Source of the DNA: a virus | DNA: 64,000 bases | IMG/VR virus record: IMGVR_UViG_3300020406_000408 | Span: 4,464-68,463 of that record | Direction: 5' to 3' (one strand) | Shown: in pieces, positions 50,901 through 59,906 of the stretch | Layout of the letters: each line of letters starts with the position of its first letter | Numbering within the stretch: the stretch's first letter is position 1 | The notes under the pieces: model-generated | Told to the model about the DNA's origin: nothing | The model's database searches: none | Seen by the model: only the letters and a program-made list of their open reading frames with translations | Made by a program: the position numbers and the translations under genes

Positions 50901-51363
50901 GTTCTGCCCAATTTGTATTACTAGGATCATTCCAAATAATAGTCTGGTTCTGTAAATTTCCACCGTTACTATCTACAATAGACTCTGTGGTAGATATAGT
51001 TTCAAATTTAAGTAAACCATTTGCGGCTCTGTTTCTTCTTGGATTATATGATAATAATCTAGCTAATCTTAAAACAGATTCTCTTCTTTCAGCAAGTTCT
51101 AAAAAGTTTTCTCTTGAATTTAAGTCTACCCTGTATGAAATATTTTGTCCTAAAAAAGCAATAATATCTATCAGTGCTAAAAATTCAGAAGTTTCTATGT
51201 AATCGTTGAAATCCTCAGGATAATTATTCCTAAGATATGTGATCATTACTCTTCTTAATGAGTCAAAATCGTAACTTTTAAATTCTGCGTTGCGAAAACT
51301 TTGGTAGACCTTGGTCCAGTCTTCAGCAAGTAGCAGTCTATTTTGTCTATCTGTGGACGACAT
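47800..51363 (-). CDS. Baseplate wedge subunit, T4 gp6-like
   Basis: YDFDSLR..MITYL, FNDYIETSEF, ENFLELAERRESVLRLARLLSYNP, FADGTFG and TQNRMITGEDY. Confidence 0.85.
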   Translation of the reverse strand: MSSTDRQNRLLLAEDWTKVYQSFRNAEFKSYDFDSLRRVMITYLRNNYPEDFNDYIETSEFLALIDIIAFLGQNISYRVDLNSRENFLELAERRESVLRLARLLSYNPRRNRAANGLLKFETISTTESIVDSNGGNLQNQTIIWNDPSNTNWAEQFRRVLNSALPNNNTIGKPRKTQTINGILTQAYRLNQNTVNVPVFGFTKTVNGLPSQFEIVSTDIDEASLNLVEEAPLAGNALQFMYREDGRGNASSNTGYFCHFRQGTLNNSVFDIGNVVANQRITIEADNINDTDVWLTKLSAGGNVEKIWTKVDSTEGNNAIYNSVNKAIRDFYVVQTRDNDQVSLVFADGTFGNAPSGQFQVFYRTSSNRSLRIRPEEITDVQVALDYTSRSGTTETLTLGLELKSPVTNATSSETSTSIRVNAPQTYYTQNRMITGEDYNVYPSSTNQEIVKVKSTNRVSSGISRYFDLKDVTGKYSSTNLYGSDGVIFKEEFDEKKSFTFSNQTDIEGNIENLIIPTIQKRSTTNFYLGNFAKIIVSDLNATWKQSTKASNSSTGLLENINLVPFQVGTFTTGFLRYVEPGALLKFIPPTGFYFIGNGELTSDANKKGASSYKWVKVISVTGSGTVVDTTTGDGPITVNAVLPANSIIQEVKPKLVKDITTDVRSQIIDQVFAYKTFGLRYDQVNRIWRVIISENLNVTDGFSNGKTGDVTGNQLDSSWFILFETDGQKYTVTNRGLRYIFESDTELSFYYDGQNKIYDSATGQLVKDKISVMNFNTKPDALTQFNNDINWEIVGAYRNQDGYINSKKVQVGFFDLNDDGSIDDPDIFDVIVDPLVNPTTKYIFLKKENSNQGFNKFNYFADGSSISIVATETAIGAYSQYSDGKIFYIIDQKNFKVLNNNALTLSSDYRAYVGRSDLKFHYIHSANQSNRIDPSASNIIDVYLLTRSYDLDFRSFLAGNITTMPLPPSSDELFQQYGTEINKVKAISDEIIYHPVKYKVLFGSKAVENLQAVFKIVKNPEAVINDNDIKVRIISAINRYFSLQNWDFGETFHFTELATYVTNSLAPDIVNLIIVPKLGTLAFGSLMEIKSENDEIFVSDATVQDVEIIDSITASRIQASGKVITSTSTTNTGIQSTALSSTTTSTATSTTTTSSSTSSSSSSSSSSSSSGSSGSSGSGSSGGGYGY

Positions 51364-51390
51364 TTGGTTTCCTTAAATCCTTTATAAATG

Positions 51391-51398
51391 TATTTATT
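51391..51398 (-). promoter_or_regulatory. Late promoter AATAAATA upstream of gp6
   Basis: Intergenic, followed by an AAGGA RBS and the ATG at 51363. Confidence 0.55.
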
Positions 51399-51426
51399 AT
51401 ATAGAATTAACTGACCACTTAATTCT

Positions 51427-51861
51427 CTAACTTGTTAGGCCGTTTGCTTTGTCAAAACGGAGTCTTAGCTGTTCACTTATGTTATAAGTTAGATAAGTCA
51501 AAGTACACTCTATCTGTAGTCCACTTTCAAATTCTGTTACCGCTACACCGTTTGCTTTTACTCTTGGATCGTAGTTAACTATATTAGTTACATTTCTTGT
51601 TATTGCGTCTTTTAGCTCAATTGTAAGAGGCTCATATAATGCATCCCATATTATACAACCAAATGTTGGATCTGATATTTTTTCGCCCTGTCTTATATTG
51701 AAATGATTAAGTAAGTCTTGTTTGATTAGGCTGAGATCATACTGTTGAAAGCTAGAATTTTCTGGATTGACCGTGCTAAATCCCCTATAGGCCTTTTGTC
51801 TAACAGGCAATTTAGGTGCTTTTGCTGTTTTTATCTTTATTTCTTTATATAAGTCTGCCAT
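51427..51861 (-). CDS. Baseplate wedge / sheath initiator, T4 gp25-like
   Basis: YRGFST, DLSLIKQDLLNHFNIRQGEK..DPTFGC.IWD.LYEP and YDPRV. Confidence 0.9.
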   Translation of the reverse strand: MADLYKEIKIKTAKAPKLPVRQKAYRGFSTVNPENSSFQQYDLSLIKQDLLNHFNIRQGEKISDPTFGCIIWDALYEPLTIELKDAITRNVTNIVNYDPRVKANGVAVTEFESGLQIECTLTYLTYNISEQLRLRFDKANGLTS

Positions 51862-51866
51862 AATAA

Positions 51867-51874
51867 TATTTATT
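51867..51874 (-). promoter_or_regulatory. Late promoter AATAAATA, 5 nt before the gp25 ATG
   Basis: The minus strand reads AATAAATAttattATG with no RBS. Confidence 0.55.
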
Positions 51875-52181
51875 CGTTTGCGTATACCGTGGTTTGTGTT
51901 GTGCTTTTAATCTGAGCATCACAATCATATGTGTCACCTATTCTGCCAACTTCTAAATCTTCGGCAAAAACATTTGGACTGTGAGTCACTAAAGCTGTTC
52001 CGTATACAGGTGGACAATGCGTATGTGGTTCATTGAGATCTGTTTTTCTATGTATGCCATGACCAGCAACAAATACAGTTGAACTACCCGTGTCAGTAAG
52101 TATGTCACCAGGGGCTACACAGATTGGGTGTACTGTGTCCACTATATCTCCTGATCCTACTTTTCTAGCTATCAATGGCAT
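51870..52181 (-). CDS. PAAR-like spike tip protein (T4 gp5.4-like)
   Basis: MPLIAR..GD..H..C, GSSTVFV.G..IHR..D...H.HC and SPNVF....VGRIGD...C. Confidence 0.85.
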   Translation of the reverse strand: MPLIARKVGSGDIVDTVHPICVAPGDILTDTGSSTVFVAGHGIHRKTDLNEPHTHCPPVYGTALVTHSPNVFAEDLEVGRIGDTYDCDAQIKSTTQTTVYANE

Positions 52182-54934
52182 TATTGTACCTGCATCACTC
52201 CTCCGCCGTGTGCTATCGGTGCTGGCGGTGTTACAGAAGCTAACGGAGTCAACTCCCCTTTCTTAATACTTAACCAATAGCTTTGTCCTTTTTCAATTCT
52301 CACTTGAGTTTTAGTCTTTCCATAATCTCGACTACCTTTGTCTTTTATTGTTGAATTAACATATCCAATAGCATTTAAAAATTGATTACCTAACGAAGTA
52401 AAATTAGTAGTCGTCCAAGTAATAAATCCTGCCTTTTCTCCTTTTGTCAAATACGCTACTGCTAACTTACAAGCAACAGCCGGATCATTTGCCAATTCAG
52501 GATTGTTGTAAATGTCCACTCCTATCATTCCACCATATGCTTTATAGTTGTCTGTGCCTGTTAATTGTATCAACCCTCTTCCCCTATATGTCCAACCATC
52601 GCCCGTTTCCGGACCACCATTACCCATTCTATTTCCATATACCACACTTGCTATTTTAACAGGTTTTCTAGATAACTGTTGTGCTAACGCAGTTCCTCCT
52701 GGCTTTTTAAACATTTTAAATGTGTCTATTAATCCTTGAGCATTGTAGTTCATGTTTTCACTTTTAGGTATAAATGAGCTTTCAGCAAATATATTAGCAC
52801 AGGCCATTGCTATCGCTTCGCCGGCGCCTCCTGGAGTGGCTCCACTATTAAGTGCTTTAGCTGGATCAAGTCCTAGGCCTTTAATAAGTTCACTTATAAA
52901 AAATCTTGTACTCTCTTCGTAGTTGACAGGATCGTTTGGTTGTGATCCTTTTGTACCATCATTATTGTTTCCAAATATTTTTGAGGTATCTATACTTTCT
53001 GGCTCGGCATCTCCAGCTCTGAACACTCCTGATGTACTGTTACGTTCTGGCATATCAGATTCTTTTGTTAATGGAGAATTTTGTGTTCGTACCTCAGGTG
53101 CTGGTGAATTTATACTGTCTGTCTCTCCTGGTGTATGAGCAGAAGGATTAAAACTTTCATGTGAATTCCAAGGCTCGTGTTGCGGAGTTCTTCTTGGTAG
53201 TAAGGCTATAGCGGCATCTGTTGCTCTTGAAGCATCTGCTGTAACTCTTAAAGGGCTTCCAGAAGCGTCATTTATAATAACTCCGTCTTTATCTAAGACT
53301 TGATCCGAATCATCAACTGCTTCATTTGTAGCAGGTTTTGTAAATGTATCACCTATAGAATCTGATGTATCTGAAGGATCTGGAACTTGTGCGGGACTGT
53401 TCATGTGTATTTGCGAAGCCTGCTCTCTGTGTACATCAACTGATAAAATTTGCGTTTTACCTCCAGCATCTAATTTATTATCAGTGGCACTCTTAATTTG
53501 TGTATTAGCACCACTTGTAAATTTATTATCGCCTACAGTATTTAAATTAAACGCTCCATTCACTGTCTGTCTGTAATCGCCAACAACCTTTGAATGGAAG
53601 TTTTGATTAATTGCTACATGTCCATCTAATGTGACCTGTAGATTATAGTCGCCTGTAATTGTAGTCCTATGTGTTCCTTCTATTTGGACATCTTCATCAA
53701 TACCAATTGCTTTTGCTCTGTTACCGCCAATTTTTAAATCTTGATCTATAGCAACATATTTTGTATCATTATTTAAAATTCTCACATCATTGTTCTGTGC
53801 TACCTTAACTTTTTTATCCCGCAAAGCTGTAAGGTTAAAATCTCTTCCTGCTAATATGTTAATATCTCTGTCAGCAGTGATGTTTAAGTCTGTTTCTGTT
53901 CTTATGTTTATACTATCACTACCATAGATATCAATTTTTCCATTAGAAGTCATTTCCAACCAAGCACTACCTTGTGCGTTTGCTATGTAAATTATATCTT
54001 CTGAATTGTGTAATAGTATCTGATGGCCGGTTCTTGTTCTTAAACGGATGTGTTCATTGAAAGGGATATCAACCTTTGCTTTATCAATATTAGCAGGAAT
54101 AGCTTCTACATCATAATATTTTGCTCCTGTAGTTCCTGCTTGGCCTGCTCTTAAAATAGCAGGATCTCCATCATCCATTACAAAACTAGATCCTCCTAAT
54201 CTACTTCTGAAATATTCTATTGCCTGACCTTTTTCACCATATCTTCCTTTTGGTGCTCCGTCTGCTTTGTCTACAGGTCCAGGAGTATTCCAACCATAAA
54301 CATTATTTGGTATATCTCTTCTGGCACTTGATGTTGTTTGTCCTCTAATAGGATCTTTTAATAATCCTTGTGTAGATAAAGCACCTGCGAATAAAGGATT
54401 GTGTGGTCTTTGAAAACGATCTGTATCATATCCTTTATGATCAAGTTTTTTATTGTATTCACCTGTTGGCAATCTTCTACCTTTTAAATCATCAGATAAA
54501 CCATCTTGATAAATCAAATCAGCTGATGATGTAGGATTGCTTCCAGGGACCATGCTGTTCATATACTCGTCTTGAATACATCCTATCCAATAACATTGGT
54601 TGGTTTGATTTTCTACAAAAATTACTAAAACTTTTGTTCCTGGATCAGGTGGCACAGCCCAAAATCCATAACTTTGCTGTGTTGCGGCATATTGTTTGTT
54701 TCTTGAATTTGATTGAGCATCATTTACTCCATAGAAAGGAGAACAGTAATAAGCTGTAAATAATTGACCTCGTGGAAATAATTCTTGTCCTCCAGGATTA
54801 GTATGCGACAATAACTCTACCCGTAAAGCACCCATTCTCTTAGGATCTAAATGATTGACTACTTTCGCAATAAAAGGACCATTGGTATAATTAGGTTCTG
54901 CGTTTGCGCCTTTGGTTCTTTTTTGTTCAGCCAT
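52181..54934 (-). CDS. Baseplate central spike (gp5/VgrG-like) with C-terminal GH19 lysozyme domain
   Basis: N-terminal OB fold (DPKRMGALRV, SYGFWAVPPDPGTKVLV), RTRTGHQ, beta-helix repeats and C-terminal AES..ENMNY..GDGWTYRGRGLIQLTG..NY. Confidence 0.85.
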   Translation of the reverse strand: MAEQKRTKGANAEPNYTNGPFIAKVVNHLDPKRMGALRVELLSHTNPGGQELFPRGQLFTAYYCSPFYGVNDAQSNSRNKQYAATQQSYGFWAVPPDPGTKVLVIFVENQTNQCYWIGCIQDEYMNSMVPGSNPTSSADLIYQDGLSDDLKGRRLPTGEYNKKLDHKGYDTDRFQRPHNPLFAGALSTQGLLKDPIRGQTTSSARRDIPNNVYGWNTPGPVDKADGAPKGRYGEKGQAIEYFRSRLGGSSFVMDDGDPAILRAGQAGTTGAKYYDVEAIPANIDKAKVDIPFNEHIRLRTRTGHQILLHNSEDIIYIANAQGSAWLEMTSNGKIDIYGSDSINIRTETDLNITADRDINILAGRDFNLTALRDKKVKVAQNNDVRILNNDTKYVAIDQDLKIGGNRAKAIGIDEDVQIEGTHRTTITGDYNLQVTLDGHVAINQNFHSKVVGDYRQTVNGAFNLNTVGDNKFTSGANTQIKSATDNKLDAGGKTQILSVDVHREQASQIHMNSPAQVPDPSDTSDSIGDTFTKPATNEAVDDSDQVLDKDGVIINDASGSPLRVTADASRATDAAIALLPRRTPQHEPWNSHESFNPSAHTPGETDSINSPAPEVRTQNSPLTKESDMPERNSTSGVFRAGDAEPESIDTSKIFGNNNDGTKGSQPNDPVNYEESTRFFISELIKGLGLDPAKALNSGATPGGAGEAIAMACANIFAESSFIPKSENMNYNAQGLIDTFKMFKKPGGTALAQQLSRKPVKIASVVYGNRMGNGGPETGDGWTYRGRGLIQLTGTDNYKAYGGMIGVDIYNNPELANDPAVACKLAVAYLTKGEKAGFITWTTTNFTSLGNQFLNAIGYVNSTIKDKGSRDYGKTKTQVRIEKGQSYWLSIKKGELTPLASVTPPAPIAHGGGVMQVQ

Positions 54935-57714
54935 TATTTAGGTCTTCCAGTACCTGATGCTTTTTCATATTCATAGTCATTTTGTCTCTGAATAAAATTA
55001 GCAGTATCAGCTTTGGTAAATTTAAGATATTCGTCTCTATTTTGTCTTTCATTTTCTTCTATTTTTCCGTTAGCGTTTACATCAGCTAAAGCGTTTGCTA
55101 TTTTAAGAGGATCGTTTGTAGCCATTGCCGCATCAATCAATTTTTGTTGTTGTTTCTTTATGGCAAATATTTTTTCTTTTATTACTTTTTTATTATCAAT
55201 AGGACCTTGATTTTTACGTCTTACCAGTGATAATTCGTTTGTATATACATTTCCTCGAAAACTATTTGTTACTGTAATCACTTGATATAATCCGCTAAAT
55301 TCCTCAACATCTGTTAGACCTTGTGCTGTAGGACTTCCTGTGCTGATGTCTATAGGAGTTTTAAAATTAATTATTATATCTACATCTCCATTATGATGAT
55401 TCATGGTTCCGTCAGCATTAATGTTTATAAAACTTGTTGGATTGGCAAAATAATTTCCTACACCACTATCTGCCATAAAATATAAATCTCCCAAAATATT
55501 CATATTAGCAGAAAGTAAATCAACATCACCATTAATCATTGCGTCATGAAAGGCACGAGATACTCTTACAGCGGCAGATTCCTGAATTGCTCCATTAGTA
55601 AGCTGTCCTGCTTGAGTGTTATTGACTGTTCCAACCATTTCAACTGTTTCACCAGGTGTACCTTCGTGACCACTTGCGTCTGCCATAGAAACTTCTGCTT
55701 GGTTGTCAGATTTTCCACGAGTAGATAGATCATTATTTGCTGACCTGTTCATAAAGTCTTTTCCAATAGCTTGGAAAAAAGCAAACTTAAAGTCTAGATC
55801 AAAGTTCAAAATATCTGTGTTTTTCCCAGTGTAAATGTAATCATATTCTTTTGCCGCTTGTTGTTTTAAAAAATTAAATCCCGGAGGTGGATCGTTTGGT
55901 AACATAAACACTGATTGATGTATTAATGTTGGCACAACATTGTATACAAATATCTTTGGATACTTATTCAACTTACCTTCTGTTGAGGGAGCATCTAACA
56001 CATAGGTTTGGACTTCTATCCTAAACCATTTTATCATACCATTTGCGTCCGCTGATAATTGTCCTTTATTTAAAAGTTGTTGTCCGTATTCACTTATTAA
56101 CACAAGTTCTTCGATAATTCTTTGTATCTTTGTGCCTTGTTTAAATTGTATGGTCTTATTGTTAGGACTTATTCCTACTCCATTCCTGTGTAATATTTTA
56201 GCTTTTTCATCATAAGCAAATTTAGACACACCAAAAGGCATCTGCCCCGCAGTTAAAGTTCCTTGCGGAAACATCTTTGTAGATCCTATTTCATTTGTAA
56301 AACTTGATGTTGTAAACTCTTTCTTTATTTTTTCACTTAAATTATTACGCTTGATACTGTAACCTAATCTGTCGTATACGTGTTCACGCTTTAAAATTTC
56401 TTCAGCATCGTTTCCCCTAGCCTTTAGTGATCCTGGAGATGCATTTTCTAAAAAGTCAACTCCAATAGCTGTTGATAGTGCTTGGTCTACATCGTACTCT
56501 CTTCTATTCTTAGAATAGTCTCCAAACAAAGCTGAATTATCTACATCAGCTAGTGTGTCTCTCATAACGTTTTGTGACATCTCTGTTGGAAACAAGATTA
56601 TAATTTCGTCTGGCTCATATTTGTTGTCTGATTTTAAAGAAGTTTCTAGTAAATCGGTGTTATGTGCGACTGCCAAACTATCAAAACCCGTTTGTAACAT
56701 TTCTTGTATTGTGCGTCCGGTAATGCTAATATTGCTTTTTATGGCTTGATTTGTATCTATCAATGCAGTTTCATTAAATGGTACTGCTTTTATAGTATAT
56801 TTAGATCCACCAGCTGTAACATCAAATTGTGCGTTAATTATTTTTACAGCCATTTGTCTACTACCTTCTTTCATATGTGGGCCCATTACATCAACATACC
56901 CTACAACATCAAGTTGTAATAGATAAGGACAATCTAAGTAATTTCTATATCCTGCTTTCATAGCACAAAGTTGTAGATGTTGTAAAAATTGTCCCATACT
57001 GTAAGGTTCCATAACCTCAAACTCTATGGCAAAAGCAGTTGTAACTCTAGTGCTTTTGTTTGGAGCTACAACGCTTTGAATATCTACATTGTCTATATAA
57101 TATTCTAAATTTGCTTTGTTGTTTTTTAATTCTAATTCCGTAAATGGTCTTTGTCCTCCTGGCATAGGTCCTTGATAACTAGGTTGTGGAAATCCGCCCA
57201 TTTTTATTACTGTTTGATCAGCTCTAGGTCCGTTTCTTTTATAATATTTGTGCGGAAAATTATATTCGTCATTGCTCAATGCGGCCAATGTCCACAAATA
57301 ATTTTTTGAAACGTATTTGTCTAATCCATTAGGTCTTCTAGCATTAAATACCTGTCCAAAGTGTTCTAATCTTTCTCCGTCGTTTTCATCTTGACTTTTG
57401 GCATTGGCAATAGCATTAGCTTGGGCTTCTGTCAACTTCATATTATCTATCGTTTGATCGTCCGACTTAAAAAGATTGGTAGAATAACCGTTTGCTTGAA
57501 ACTTAGGTGCATTAGGGTCAGCATCTCCAACAGTTGCTGATTCAGACTTTTTTCCGTTTGTGTCTTTTTTTATGTTATTGCTATCGCTATTGACTTTAGG
57601 TTTTTCTGGCCTTCCGTCATTCTGGCTACCATCGCCAAACTTTGTGCCATCTGCCTTGGGAAATTTTTTTGTACCTACTACAATGTCAGCATAGGTGTAT
57701 GGATTTTCAGCCAT
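54934..57714 (-). CDS. Probable baseplate hub protein (gp27-like)
   Basis: Lies between the gp53-like gene and gp5; FEVMEPYSMG, ILGD and FSGLYQVITVTNSF.G..YTNEL. Confidence 0.55.
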   Translation of the reverse strand: MAENPYTYADIVVGTKKFPKADGTKFGDGSQNDGRPEKPKVNSDSNNIKKDTNGKKSESATVGDADPNAPKFQANGYSTNLFKSDDQTIDNMKLTEAQANAIANAKSQDENDGERLEHFGQVFNARRPNGLDKYVSKNYLWTLAALSNDEYNFPHKYYKRNGPRADQTVIKMGGFPQPSYQGPMPGGQRPFTELELKNNKANLEYYIDNVDIQSVVAPNKSTRVTTAFAIEFEVMEPYSMGQFLQHLQLCAMKAGYRNYLDCPYLLQLDVVGYVDVMGPHMKEGSRQMAVKIINAQFDVTAGGSKYTIKAVPFNETALIDTNQAIKSNISITGRTIQEMLQTGFDSLAVAHNTDLLETSLKSDNKYEPDEIIILFPTEMSQNVMRDTLADVDNSALFGDYSKNRREYDVDQALSTAIGVDFLENASPGSLKARGNDAEEILKREHVYDRLGYSIKRNNLSEKIKKEFTTSSFTNEIGSTKMFPQGTLTAGQMPFGVSKFAYDEKAKILHRNGVGISPNNKTIQFKQGTKIQRIIEELVLISEYGQQLLNKGQLSADANGMIKWFRIEVQTYVLDAPSTEGKLNKYPKIFVYNVVPTLIHQSVFMLPNDPPPGFNFLKQQAAKEYDYIYTGKNTDILNFDLDFKFAFFQAIGKDFMNRSANNDLSTRGKSDNQAEVSMADASGHEGTPGETVEMVGTVNNTQAGQLTNGAIQESAAVRVSRAFHDAMINGDVDLLSANMNILGDLYFMADSGVGNYFANPTSFININADGTMNHHNGDVDIIINFKTPIDISTGSPTAQGLTDVEEFSGLYQVITVTNSFRGNVYTNELSLVRRKNQGPIDNKKVIKEKIFAIKKQQQKLIDAAMATNDPLKIANALADVNANGKIEENERQNRDEYLKFTKADTANFIQRQNDYEYEKASGTGRPK

Positions 57715-57717
57715 GTC

Positions 57718-58002
57718 TTACTCCAGTGCGTCACGTACTCTAGCAGGGTTAGGCAGATAAATTGAAGTTCCTGTAGATATATCATATATAAAATCTTCAA
57801 TAGTATCTAAGTTTCTTTGACCAAACACCCACCACAAATCTTTGTTACCATAATAATCATAAGCAAGTAAATCCGGTCTGTGATTATACTGTGGTTCAAT
57901 AGTATACAACTTGTCATCCGAAAAAGAAGGAATAGGCCTAATAGTAAGTAAATCTAAAGTGCCATCTACTTTGTAATCTGTATCTTTATATGGATTAGAC
58001 AT
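57718..58002 (-). CDS. Baseplate wedge protein, gp53/LysM-like
   Basis: HRPDLLAYDYYGNKDLWWVF..RN...IYLP. Confidence 0.8.
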   Translation of the reverse strand: MSNPYKDTDYKVDGTLDLLTIRPIPSFSDDKLYTIEPQYNHRPDLLAYDYYGNKDLWWVFGQRNLDTIEDFIYDISTGTSIYLPNPARVRDALE

Positions 58003-58940
58003 TATACGTATCCCTGGTTAAGATTTTTGCCGTTTACGAAATCATTATAACTAAATGATGAAACTTTTTGTCTGCTGTATATTGGCTGTACCGTCACTGT
58101 AAATTGTGATTCAGAAGGTGCCCAACCAACTGTCATTGCTCTTTTTTGATCTTGAAGAGAAACACCAAAGTTTGAAAGATCATCAACTGGGTCGAAACCT
58201 GTTGCTATGTAGTCAACTTCGTTTGGCATATCAACTGTAAAGTTAACAATCACACATGGGACATTATTAAACACATAATCTCCATAACCACTTAAAAATA
58301 CAACCGGTGGCGGATTTCCTCTTTGATCTGAATCCTTACCATGCCGCATTTTAGTAACTGTTCTCAAGTAATGTAAACAAGCTACCCAATACTGTGCCTC
58401 TAAGCCGTTTTGACTGTAAAATTGTCCTGTGATTACCAATTGATCCACTTGTGAATTCTGATAAGCAAAAAAAGGATAATTATTATGTATAGGAGCCACT
58501 TGGTTATAATTTGCCGAGTGACTTAAAATAATCGTAGGAGTATAAGGAAACATCATTCCTCCTGTGTTGATTAAAGGCGAAATAATCTTTGAATTTTCAA
58601 AATCTCTAGGCAAGCTCAGTTTGACACGCCAGTCTCTGTCTTCAACTGTGGACTGTCCCCAGGATGCTTGTGATGCCGTAGTACCTAGCTCAGAGTCACC
58701 ACCTTTTAAACCTTTTGCTCGAATGTTACTGACTAAATTTTCAGCACCACCTGACACACCATCATATATATTCTGTGCTGTCTCTTTCATTCCTTGGTAC
58801 ATTGGTGATTCTGTTAACCAACTTGGAGCATTACCGCTATTTGTATTTTGTCCAGCACTTTTAAATGCTTCGGTTGGTTCTTTTTGCCCTTGGTTTACAC
58901 CATTTTTGCTTATTACGCCGTTTTTGAAATATGTTGCCAT
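58002..58940 (-). CDS. Tail tube initiator / baseplate protein (gp48/gp54-like)
   Basis: FPYTPTI, YLRTVTKM, GNPPPVVFLSGYG.YVFNNVPCVI.NF and its position in the baseplate module. Confidence 0.55.
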   Translation of the reverse strand: MATYFKNGVISKNGVNQGQKEPTEAFKSAGQNTNSGNAPSWLTESPMYQGMKETAQNIYDGVSGGAENLVSNIRAKGLKGGDSELGTTASQASWGQSTVEDRDWRVKLSLPRDFENSKIISPLINTGGMMFPYTPTIILSHSANYNQVAPIHNNYPFFAYQNSQVDQLVITGQFYSQNGLEAQYWVACLHYLRTVTKMRHGKDSDQRGNPPPVVFLSGYGDYVFNNVPCVIVNFTVDMPNEVDYIATGFDPVDDLSNFGVSLQDQKRAMTVGWAPSESQFTVTVQPIYSRQKVSSFSYNDFVNGKNLNQGYV

Positions 58941-58959
58941 TTGGTTAACTCCTTACTAT

Positions 58960-58965
58960 TATTTA
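58960..58965 (-). promoter_or_regulatory. Late promoter TAAATA for the baseplate operon
   Basis: Followed by an AAGGAG RBS and the ATG at 58940; back-to-back with the divergent sigma70 promoter. Confidence 0.55.
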
Positions 58966-58966
58966 G

Positions 58967-58995
58967 TTGACAAAATTAACAGAGTATATTATAAT
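58967..58995 (+). promoter_or_regulatory. Consensus sigma70 promoter TTGACA-N17-TATAAT
   Basis: TTGACA at 58967-72 and TATAAT at 58990-95. Confidence 0.85.
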
Positions 58996-59018
58996 GTGGT
59001 ATGAACCTTGGAGAAACA

Positions 59019-59861
59019 ATGAAAAGAATTAATTATTTAAACAACAAAGACATATTAGCAGAGATTCACAAGTCTAAATCATCGTTTTGTAGCTTTACGG
59101 ACAACGATTTTGCTGACTTTGATATAATATTACCTAGTGTGTCTAAAATAAATGTCCGTACAATAGCAGAAGCAAAAAGGAACAAGGCAAAAAAATTACA
59201 GCAAAAAGCATTTGAAAAGGCAAAAGAAAGTGGTAAAAGAGTAAAATTAGCAGAATTTGCTATTGATTATCGAAAAATAGAAAAAACGGACGTGATATTT
59301 AGGATTATGATGTATGATCATATTCCTGAAGAACCAGGACGTAAGAAAAATCCTAAAACAATAGCAGACACAAAAACAAAGGTAAATTTTCCTCCGTTCC
59401 AGCATTATAAATTTAATGACAATGGTGAACTTATTTGCGTAGGTAAAAGTCACTGGGAAGGCGGTATGGAAAATGGTAATTTTACTAAAGAAGGTGGTAA
59501 GGTAACAAATAAACTTGCTTTGATGTGGATGAAACTGTGTGATAGATATGCTACCCGTGGAAATGTAAGAGGATACACATATAATGATGAGATGCGTGGA
59601 CAGGCAATACTACAGTTGTCTCAGATCGGATTACAGTTTGATGAATCCAAATCTAATAATCCTTTTGCGTATTATACTGCGGCCGTGACAAATTCATTTG
59701 TAAGAGTTATTAATATAGAAAAAAGAAATCAAAATATTAGAGATGACATCTTAGAAATGAATCATATGAATCCTAGTTACACTAGACAGGCAAAAGGAGA
59801 ATGGGAGCGTCAACAGCGTGACCATAATTTAGCTACCCAAAAAGCCCAAAAAACTGATTGA
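59019..59861 (+). CDS. Late-transcription sigma factor, T4 gp55-like
   Basis: NYLNNKDIL, NVRGYTYNDEM, FDESKSNNPFAYYT and NSFVRVINIEK. A GGAGA RBS precedes the ATG at 59019; 59001 is an alternative start. Confidence 0.85.
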   Translation: MKRINYLNNKDILAEIHKSKSSFCSFTDNDFADFDIILPSVSKINVRTIAEAKRNKAKKLQQKAFEKAKESGKRVKLAEFAIDYRKIEKTDVIFRIMMYDHIPEEPGRKKNPKTIADTKTKVNFPPFQHYKFNDNGELICVGKSHWEGGMENGNFTKEGGKVTNKLALMWMKLCDRYATRGNVRGYTYNDEMRGQAILQLSQIGLQFDESKSNNPFAYYTAAVTNSFVRVINIEKRNQNIRDDILEMNHMNPSYTRQAKGEWERQQRDHNLATQKAQKTD

Positions 59862-59886
59862 CAAACTCTTAGTTTTCTATTATAAT
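59858..59886 (+). promoter_or_regulatory. Consensus sigma70 promoter TTGACA-N17-TATAAT
   Basis: TTGACA at 59858-63 and TATAAT at 59881-86, upstream of gp47. Confidence 0.85.
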
Positions 59887-59906
59887 GCTAGAGGAAGGAT
59901 TGTATT

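Noticed and set aside
51403-51426. Inverted repeat AGAATTAA/TTAATTCT as an intrinsic terminator after gp25
   Set aside because: The stem is AT-rich and weak with no clear U-tract. It is kept only as a possible protein-binding site.
51427-58940. Bacterial T6SS or extracellular contractile injection system
   Set aside because: The adjacent gp55-like sigma, gp46/47, late promoters and tail fibres indicate a myophage, and there are no T6SS membrane complex or ClpV genes.
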